The notes under the pieces are model-generated. The model worked only from the letters and a program-made list of their open reading frames with translations, was not told the DNA's origin and ran no database searches. This document shows positions 30,815 to 36,789 of a stretch of DNA of 36,789 nt, piece after piece (within the stretch, counting starts at the first letter, position 1; every line of letters begins with the position of its first letter). Origin of the DNA: Candidatus Margulisiibacteriota bacterium (GTDB lineage: Bacteria; Margulisbacteria; WOR-1; XYC2-FULL-46-14; WPAF01); NCBI GenBank assembly GCA_041648295.1, contig JBAZPF010000002.1:1-36789 (forward strand), written 5' to 3'. The position numbers and the translations under genes are program-made.

Positions 30815-32457
30815 CGGTTCCGATTATACAATAACTCGTCGGGGATTTCGACCCCTCTTTTTTTAAGTTCCTCGATATAGAAAGCCGCGTCTTTAAGATT
30901 GTTTTTCCGGTAATTATAAACGGCCAGATATCTGTAAGCGTCAAGATATTCGGGGTTCAGCTCGATCGTTTTTTTCAACAATCCTTCCCCTTCTCTCCCC
31001 CTCCCCATATTAAGGTAAAGCAATCCCAGATTAAAATAAGCGGTCTCGAATAAAGGATTTATTTTAATTTCCCGTTTAAACTCCGCTTCGGCTTCTTTTA
31101 ACTTTCCATTTTTCATGTAAATAAGGCCGATATTGTTGTTCGCCATCGGCTCAAGCGGATTAAGAAGAAGCGCTTTTTGGTATTCCGGAAGCGCCTTTTC
31201 CGGAAAACCTTCCAAATAATACATCGCGCCAAGGTTCCGGTGGGCCAGAGGCGAATGAGGGGAGCTCTTCGCCGCCGATTCCCAAAAATTGATCCGATCC
31301 TTAAACACTTCCAGATGGATAAAAGTGACCGCAGAAAAAACCGCCAAAATCATCAGGGATATAATTAGATGGCTTTTCTTTTTAAAGTCGAACCTGTTCA
31401 CAATATCCGTTTCCAGTAATATTATAAATATCCCGATTATCGGCAGGTAAACCCGGTGTTCAAATAATTCCGTAACGGCCTGAGGATTGGGCCTCACAAA
31501 TGAAGGTATGAGAAAAAGCACAAACCAGGACAATCCAAAAATAAGATAACCCGTGCGCTTGGTTTTTGAGATCGCCAGCAATGCAATCAGTATTGCTAAA
31601 GAAACAATACCATAGATATAAGTGGTATCAACCATTAACGGCAGGACGGAGAGGTTAAAGGGAAGGAAGATCTTCCCCAAATACTGGATGACGGCGGGAA
31701 GATTGTCCCAAAGCGAGAGCAGGCCGTCGCTGACAAGGAAATTCGAAGGGCTTCTAAGGCCGTAATTCCTCAAAAAATACCAGCCGACAACCACCAGCAG
31801 CCAGCCGGCGCCAACCATTAGTTTATCTAACGTTATTTTTTTATCGTTATTGATCAGATAAATATAAAGGACGAACATTGGTATCAGGACTAAAGCCGTC
31901 TCTTTGGTCAAAAGCGCCAGCGCAAAGAAAATAAGGCTTAGAAAAAAAGACCAGATGTTCTTATTCTCGAAAAAGTTGATGAAAAAGATAAAGCATGACA
32001 GGGCGAAGACCATGAGCAGAGAGTCGTTCCTTCCGGGTATCCATCCCACCGCCTGGGAGAGGACCGGATGAACGGCAAAGATCAGAGAAAAAAAGAACGA
32101 GAGGTCCCTGCGGTATTTCATTTTTATCAGCAGAGTAAAAAGCAGGCATGATGACAGAACATGGAGAAGAATATTCGTAAGATGAAAGACCAAAGGAGAA
32201 GCGCCGTTAAATTGCGCGTCTATAATGAACGAGACCGTCAACAGCGGCCGGTAATAGAATGCCAAACTGCTGATCTGGCGGAAGACATCCTGCCCGAAAG
32301 CCGCCGCGATATTGGATATGTTCCTTATAAAATAAAAATTATCAAGGATCAGATTGTTATCATCCAAATAAGTAAAGTTAAAGAACAGGGCTTTAAAATA
32401 TAAAAGAAGGCAGATTGCCGCGATCCAAAGATACGGCCGCCATGAATTTTTAAACAA
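30811..32457 (-). CDS. Polytopic membrane protein (GT-C/PMT-like glycosyltransferase fold) with C-terminal TPR repeats
   Basis: 548 aa. About 10 TM segments are followed by TPR-like repeats (AHRNLGAMYYLEGFPEKALPEYQKALLLNP...). It overlaps both neighbouring genes (by 8 and 4 nt). Confidence 0.65.
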   Translation of the reverse strand: MFKNSWRPYLWIAAICLLLYFKALFFNFTYLDDNNLILDNFYFIRNISNIAAAFGQDVFRQISSLAFYYRPLLTVSFIIDAQFNGASPLVFHLTNILLHVLSSCLLFTLLIKMKYRRDLSFFFSLIFAVHPVLSQAVGWIPGRNDSLLMVFALSCFIFFINFFENKNIWSFFLSLIFFALALLTKETALVLIPMFVLYIYLINNDKKITLDKLMVGAGWLLVVVGWYFLRNYGLRSPSNFLVSDGLLSLWDNLPAVIQYLGKIFLPFNLSVLPLMVDTTYIYGIVSLAILIALLAISKTKRTGYLIFGLSWFVLFLIPSFVRPNPQAVTELFEHRVYLPIIGIFIILLETDIVNRFDFKKKSHLIISLMILAVFSAVTFIHLEVFKDRINFWESAAKSSPHSPLAHRNLGAMYYLEGFPEKALPEYQKALLLNPLEPMANNNIGLIYMKNGKLKEAEAEFKREIKINPLFETAYFNLGLLYLNMGRGREGEGLLKKTIELNPEYLDAYRYLAVYNYRKNNLKDAAFYIEELKKRGVEIPDELLYNRNR

Positions 32458-33061
32458 TTTTATTTGCCAGCCGCCCTATTCCTTCGATCTCAACGGCCAC
32501 GACATCCCCTTTTTGCATCGGGCCTATTCCCGGCGGGGTTCCGGTCAGGATAACATCGCCGGGCAAAAGCGTCATGATGTTAGAGATGAAAGAAACCAGG
32601 TAAAGCGGCTTAAATATTAATTTGTTCGTATTCGATGACTGCTTAATCTCATTGTTCAGGAACAACTTAATGTCCAGGTTGTCGGGATCGATGTCGGAAA
32701 CGATATCAGGACCAAGCGGGCAAAAGGTATCAAATGATTTTGCCCGGCCCCACTGGCCGTCTATGCGCTGAAGATCCCTCGCGGTAACGTCATTGCCGCA
32801 GGTGTAACCCAGAATATGTTTTTTTGCTTCTTCCACGGAGACATTTCTTGTTTTATCCTTTATAACTATCGCGAGTTCAGCTTCGTAATGCAGTTCTTTG
32901 GTCTGATGTTCGGGATAAATAATATTATCTCCATCCCCTATTACCGATGTCGGCGGCTTGAGGAAAATGATCGGATGAGTCGGAACCGCCATTTTCATTT
33001 CCTGGGCATGGTCTAGATAGTTAAGTCCGACGCAGATTATTTTGGAGGGATTAAATTTCAT
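32450..33061 (-). CDS. Fumarylacetoacetate hydrolase (FAH)-family protein
   Basis: KIICVGLNYLDHAQEM, YEAELAIVI, GYTCGNDVTARDLQ and PGDVILTGTPPGIGP match FAH-family blocks. The start is placed at ATG 33061 because TGTTATAAT lies 6 nt upstream; the track start at 33151 is upstream of that promoter. Confidence 0.85.
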   Translation of the reverse strand: MKFNPSKIICVGLNYLDHAQEMKMAVPTHPIIFLKPPTSVIGDGDNIIYPEHQTKELHYEAELAIVIKDKTRNVSVEEAKKHILGYTCGNDVTARDLQRIDGQWGRAKSFDTFCPLGPDIVSDIDPDNLDIKLFLNNEIKQSSNTNKLIFKPLYLVSFISNIMTLLPGDVILTGTPPGIGPMQKGDVVAVEIEGIGRLANKIV

Positions 33062-33067
33062 GCGAAC

Positions 33068-33076
33068 ATTATAACA
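33068..33076 (-). promoter_or_regulatory. Extended -10 (TGTTATAAT), 6 nt before ATG 33061: leaderless start of the 8-gene operon
   Basis: The reverse complement of 33068-33076 is TGTTATAAT, followed by gttcgc and then ATG. Confidence 0.6.
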
Positions 33077-33176
33077 TCCGCATAACGCATTTGCTGAAAA
33101 ATAACCTGAAATTTTCATTTTTGGGTACGGATATAAAAAAGGAAAGGTCAATCATTATAAATAAAGGAGAATAACA

Positions 33177-34283
33177 ATGGTAATAGCAACTAAGCCCCCA
33201 GTCGCAAATGTTTCGGGAACAGCGGGAATAGGCAGAGCAGGTCTACAGCACATGGATGCTTTAACGGTCAGAACTGAAGCTATCCTGTCCCATGTCCTGT
33301 CACTTAAGGCCGGAGAAAGAGTTTTGATCCTTCATGATCAGGGAAAAGACCGTATTGTAAACGCTTTTACCGAAGGAGCCAAAGCTCTTGGCGCAACGGC
33401 GATCGATACCTACAAGTTTAAAGACTGCCGTTATAAACAAGGCGGCGTCGAAGAAATGATCGCCAAGGTCCAGGGTCGTTATGATGTTTGCCTCAATTTG
33501 ATAGACGGAGGCGGGGATGAAATTCCCGATCGGGTTAAGCTGATTAAGGCCGAGATGGCAAGCAAGGCTCGCACCGGTCACGGCCCGGGGATTACCGAAG
33601 AGATGCTTTTGACTGAAGTTGATTATGAAGCGCTTAAGTTACAGGGTAAAAAGCTGAATGCCGTTTTTAAGGACGCTGAAAAAGTGGTCATTACCACTCC
33701 GCTGGGCACCAGCATAGAGATCAAGATAAAGGGCCGAAAATGGTGCGATGATCTGTCAATTGGCACGGGCAGTATTGGAAACATCCCAAATGGTGAAATA
33801 TTTTGCGGTCCGATCGAAGACGGCGCCAACGGAACGATCGTGGTTGACGGTTCGATCGGCGGCAACCGGGGATTGGTACCTTCACCTATTATCATAGAAG
33901 TTAAAGACGGAAAAATAGTACAAGAGAACGGCGTTTTGAACGGCGTGCGCTGGCTCGATCCGAATTATGTCGATAAAAGCGGATATCTTCAAGAACTCCA
34001 ACGTCTTCTTTCGAAAGATGAAATGGCTTCTGTGATCGGCGAACTCGGGATCGGGCTGGTTGCTTTCGCTGTCTGCGGCAATCTGCTGCAAGACGAAAAA
34101 GCTCTAGAGACTATTCACATAGCTTTTGGCAACAATGATGACGAAGACGAGATGGCGGGCAACAATCATTCAATGACCCATCTCGACGTTCTGGTCAGGA
34201 ACCCAAATTTTGTGGTTTATTATATCAAGGAATCAGGCAAACAACCTTTCGCGCTAATGGAGAATGGGAATATCCTGATCTAA
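33177..34283 (+). CDS. M29-family aminopeptidase (AmpS/aminopeptidase T-like)
   Basis: 368 aa. IPNGEIFCGPIEDGANGTIVVDGSIG and the C-terminal HIAFGNN are typical of peptidase M29. SD AAAGGAGA is upstream. Confidence 0.75.
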   Translation: MVIATKPPVANVSGTAGIGRAGLQHMDALTVRTEAILSHVLSLKAGERVLILHDQGKDRIVNAFTEGAKALGATAIDTYKFKDCRYKQGGVEEMIAKVQGRYDVCLNLIDGGGDEIPDRVKLIKAEMASKARTGHGPGITEEMLLTEVDYEALKLQGKKLNAVFKDAEKVVITTPLGTSIEIKIKGRKWCDDLSIGTGSIGNIPNGEIFCGPIEDGANGTIVVDGSIGGNRGLVPSPIIIEVKDGKIVQENGVLNGVRWLDPNYVDKSGYLQELQRLLSKDEMASVIGELGIGLVAFAVCGNLLQDEKALETIHIAFGNNDDEDEMAGNNHSMTHLDVLVRNPNFVVYYIKESGKQPFALMENGNILI

Positions 34284-34327
34284 ACTTTCTTAACTGCCCA
34301 TTATAAAGCTCAACATGGCAGCCGCTA

Positions 34328-34336
34328 TGTTATAAT
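34328..34336 (+). promoter_or_regulatory. Extended -10 (TGTTATAAT), 6 nt before GTG 34343: leaderless MBL gene
   Basis: Read directly. Only aaattt separates the -10 from the GTG. Confidence 0.55.
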
Positions 34337-34342
34337 AAATTT

Positions 34343-34915
34343 GTGCAGATAAAAACCATAAAAGTCGGCGAATTAAGAACAAACTGCTATATCGTCTCCG
34401 ATGAAGAGACAAATGAAGGCATTGTCATAGATCCCGGATTTGAGATCGAAGATATAATGAATGAAATCGGCGCCATTAAAATTAAAGCCGTCATCCTGAC
34501 CCACGGCCACTACGACCATGTCACGGAAGCTTTTCATCTGGCGGAAACGATCAAGGTACCGGTAATGATACATGAAAAAGACGAGGCCTTGATGGTCTTC
34601 AGCACCAAAAAAACAGCGGACAAAACATTGAAAGATGAAGAGATATTTACGGTTGGGCCTTTATCATTTGAAGTTATACTTACGTCCGGACATACTGGCG
34701 GCGGTATCTGTTTATATAATAAAGAAGAAGGCGTGCTTTTTTCCGGCGACACGCTCTTTAGCAGGGACTACGGCCGGACCGACCTCCCCGGAGGATCACA
34801 GCGGGAAATGGAAGCTTCCTTAAAAAAATTGCTTGCCCTGCCCGCGCATACTAAAGTCTATCCCGGCCACGGACGAACAACCACTATTGGAGACGAGCAA
34901 AATCTGTTAGAATAG
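34343..34915 (+). CDS. MBL-fold metallo-hydrolase (glyoxalase II-like)
   Basis: 190 aa with LTHGHYDH (HxHxDH) and the typical N-terminus IKTIKVGELRTNCYIV. It uses a GTG start. Confidence 0.85.
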   Translation: MQIKTIKVGELRTNCYIVSDEETNEGIVIDPGFEIEDIMNEIGAIKIKAVILTHGHYDHVTEAFHLAETIKVPVMIHEKDEALMVFSTKKTADKTLKDEEIFTVGPLSFEVILTSGHTGGGICLYNKEEGVLFSGDTLFSRDYGRTDLPGGSQREMEASLKKLLALPAHTKVYPGHGRTTTIGDEQNLLE

Positions 34916-34933
34916 CAAAAAGGAGGACAAAAA

Positions 34934-35017
34934 ATGAGAGAAAGAGCAAAAGAAATAGCCCGACGCAGGCGCAGGAAGAAAAAAGTTCTGAAAGCCAAAA
35001 AGAAAGCACAGGCATAA
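34934..35017 (+). CDS. 27-aa highly basic mini-ORF (MRERAKEIARRRRRKKKVLKAKKKAQA), translationally coupled to thyX
   Basis: Found by hand. A strong SD AGGAGG lies 7 nt upstream of ATG 34934, and the stop overlaps the thyX ATG (TAATG). It is below the track length cutoff. Confidence 0.45.
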   Translation: MRERAKEIARRRRRKKKVLKAKKKAQA

Positions 35018-36423
35018 TGAAGATCCTGCTTGCCGGATATAATCTCGATACCGAAGTAATCGAGGGTTTAAAACGCGGAGAAACTAACCGAACCGATGTT
35101 ACTCCAGAGGTGCTTTCCGCTTCTTACGCGCGCATCAGCCGCGACCCCAGGCCGATCGATGAATTAAGAGCGGTCGCGCGCAAGGAAGTCGAAAAGGCAA
35201 GAAAATCCAACCAAAGCATAATCTTTAAAATGGGCCACCACTCCGTGGCCGAACACGCTGTTTTTAACTTTGACATGATCGGCGTCACCCGTCTGGCTTT
35301 TGAAGAGATCGAAAAATTCCGGCTTTGTTCTTATACCGAAAAATCCCAACGCTATCAGAAATTAGAAGGGAATTATTTGGTCCCCGAAAAAATCGACAGT
35401 TCCGGCTTCAAACAGCTCTTTATTGAAACGGTAGAAGCTCAAAACTCCGCTTACGCGGAAATGGTCAATAAAAATGTCCCGCCCGAAGATGCTCGTTACA
35501 TAACTTCGTTCGCCACCCTCGGACAGGTCGGAATGACGCTTAACGCGCGGAACCTTGAACTTCTATTCAGAAGGTTTGCTTCAAATCCTTTAAAAGAGGT
35601 ACAGGCGATCGGGAAAGCCATGTATGAGCTGATAAAGCCGATCGCCCCTTCGATCATATTATTCACCGAACCAAACCCTCTTGATCGCGATACTTACTCG
35701 GAACTTTCAAAACAGGCGCAAAAATTAAAACCGGCTAAAGGAAAAGAAAAAATAAATGAAGTGCGATTAATTGATCACACAAAAGGCGCGGACGATAAAT
35801 TGATTGCCGCTTTGTTGTGTACAAGCTCCAATCTTCCGTACCAGTCATGCTTAAAAACGGCTAAAAGTTTAAGCGGACCAAAAAAAGAAGCGGTCATAAA
35901 GACCTCTTTAAAGAACATGGAATTTTACGATTCAACCCTGCGGGAATTTGAATTCCCCGACCTTACTTTTGAGATCGTCCTTTCAGCCGCCTGTTTCGGA
36001 CAGTTAAAGAGACACCGGATGGCAACCCTTGCCTGCCAGGATTATGATCCCTCCCTCGGAATAACCATTCCGCCTACTATAATTGAGGCCGGCCTTGAAA
36101 AGCAATTTAAAAAGATAGCGTCACAGACCGAAGCGGCCTATTCAAAGCTCAAAAAGGCGGTCCCGCACGCCGCCAATTACATATTGACCAATGCGCACCG
36201 CAAACGCGTCCTTTTTAAATGCAACGCCCGGGAGCTTTATCATATTTCAAGATTAAGGGAAGACGCGCACGCGCAATGGGACATTATGAACATTTCAAAG
36301 GCGATGGCCGCGGCCGCAAAAAAAGTGATGCCAGGAACCATGATGACAATCTGCGGGAAAGATGTTTATCCTGAAGTCTACGAGAAAGTATTCGGCGGGA
36401 AACCGAAAATAATTCCCGCCTAA
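35017..36423 (+). CDS. thyX: FAD-dependent thymidylate synthase ThyX, two tandem ThyX-like domains
   Basis: 468 aa. The N-half has GHHSVAEHAVFNF and KFRLCSYTEKSQRY. The C-half has LKRHRMATLACQDY and NARELYHISRLREDAHAQWDI (ThyX RHR and AQWEIR-type motifs). Confidence 0.85.
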   Translation: MKILLAGYNLDTEVIEGLKRGETNRTDVTPEVLSASYARISRDPRPIDELRAVARKEVEKARKSNQSIIFKMGHHSVAEHAVFNFDMIGVTRLAFEEIEKFRLCSYTEKSQRYQKLEGNYLVPEKIDSSGFKQLFIETVEAQNSAYAEMVNKNVPPEDARYITSFATLGQVGMTLNARNLELLFRRFASNPLKEVQAIGKAMYELIKPIAPSIILFTEPNPLDRDTYSELSKQAQKLKPAKGKEKINEVRLIDHTKGADDKLIAALLCTSSNLPYQSCLKTAKSLSGPKKEAVIKTSLKNMEFYDSTLREFEFPDLTFEIVLSAACFGQLKRHRMATLACQDYDPSLGITIPPTIIEAGLEKQFKKIASQTEAAYSKLKKAVPHAANYILTNAHRKRVLFKCNARELYHISRLREDAHAQWDIMNISKAMAAAAKKVMPGTMMTICGKDVYPEVYEKVFGGKPKIIPA

Positions 36424-36426
36424 CCC

Positions 36427-36455
36427 TTGTCAATCACGGCATTTCATGAGATAAT
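36427..36455 (+). promoter_or_regulatory. Promoter TTGTCA-17-GATAAT (with TG extension), 10 nt before ATG 36466
   Basis: TTGTCA at 36427-36432 and TGAGATAAT ending at 36455. There is no SD. Confidence 0.5.
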
Positions 36456-36465
36456 ATCAAAAATA

Positions 36466-36789
36466 ATGAAAAACAAATTAATCGTTACGGGTTTGATCTG
36501 CACGTTCATTTTGGGCGGATTGGCATTTTATAATTCTTATAAAACACCCCCTGCCCCTCATTTTTACGCGAAACCGTTCCTTGATGATAAAGTCCAGGAG
36601 TTAGCCAGCCGCTACAGCAACGGCGACGTTATTGTCGTAAGCAAAAAAGACCATCTTCTTTATTACTGCCATAAAGGGCTGATAGTCAGAGGAGACCGTT
36701 TCGGCGGTTTCGTATTTAATTTCCCCGTTCCGGTATCGCTTGGCGTGAATAATAAATGGACCCCGGAAGGGAAATTCAAAGTTTACGTA
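36466..36789 (+). CDS. L,D-transpeptidase (YkuD)-like protein, N-terminal 108 aa; runs off the right edge
   Basis: Hand translation gives MKNKLIVTGLICTFILGGLAFYNSYKTPP...VIVVSKKDHLLYYCHKGLIVRGDRFGGFVFNFPVPVSLGVNNKWTPEGKFKVYV. It has a TM anchor, and the ...TPEGKFKV pattern is typical of YkuD domains. Confidence 0.5.
   Translation, partial: MKNKLIVTGLICTFILGGLAFYNSYKTPPAPHFYAKPFLDDKVQELASRYSNGDVIVVSKKDHLLYYCHKGLIVRGDRFGGFVFNFPVPVSLGVNNKWTPEGKFKVYV

Overview
This 36.8-kb window appears to come from an uncultivated diderm bacterium (TolC, beta-barrel OMP and LolA-like genes); I cannot assign a taxon. I count about 40 protein genes and see no rRNA, tRNA or CRISPR array. Housekeeping blocks: thiC (5' part) translationally coupled to a LOG/TIGR00725-like gene; a short archaeal-type leuC; an arsM-like methyltransferase; a short metH lacking the activation domain; a TolC-HlyD-ABC ATPase-2x FtsX permease efflux operon; a tightly packed 8-gene minus-strand operon (FAH-family hydrolase, GT-C/TPR membrane protein, two GH57 enzymes, galT, DUF4912, LolA-like, TlpA-like); an M29 aminopeptidase; an MBL hydrolase; a two-domain thyX; and the start of an L,D-transpeptidase-like gene. 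Accessory content is concentrated between ~6.85 and ~13.8 kb. It starts with a visibly AT-rich segment (HEPN-like protein, small membrane protein, Lys-rich mini-protein, stand-alone pseudo-receiver). A cassette-like series of 1-2-gene modules follows: two unknowns including an OMP, an XRE+Fic 'mobile mystery protein A/B' pair, an ICMT-like methyltransferase, DUF5678 plus a retropepsin-like protease, and a small membrane protein. The most unusual signal is non-coding. Seven same-orientation copies of a ~30-bp motif (CCCACCCCCATCTTTTGGTGTCAATG...) sit at these module boundaries, and most are followed by a different strictly periodic 7-9-bp degenerate repeat array. Related arrays occur in the TolC 5' region and inside the GH57 operon. 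The whole accessory stretch is bracketed by two direct copies of a second element carrying a covarying hairpin. Many genes and operons use a TGnTATAAT-N6-start (leaderless) layout, including thiC and metH, which therefore lack riboswitch leaders. All functional calls come from motif recognition by eye; no database search or computation was possible.
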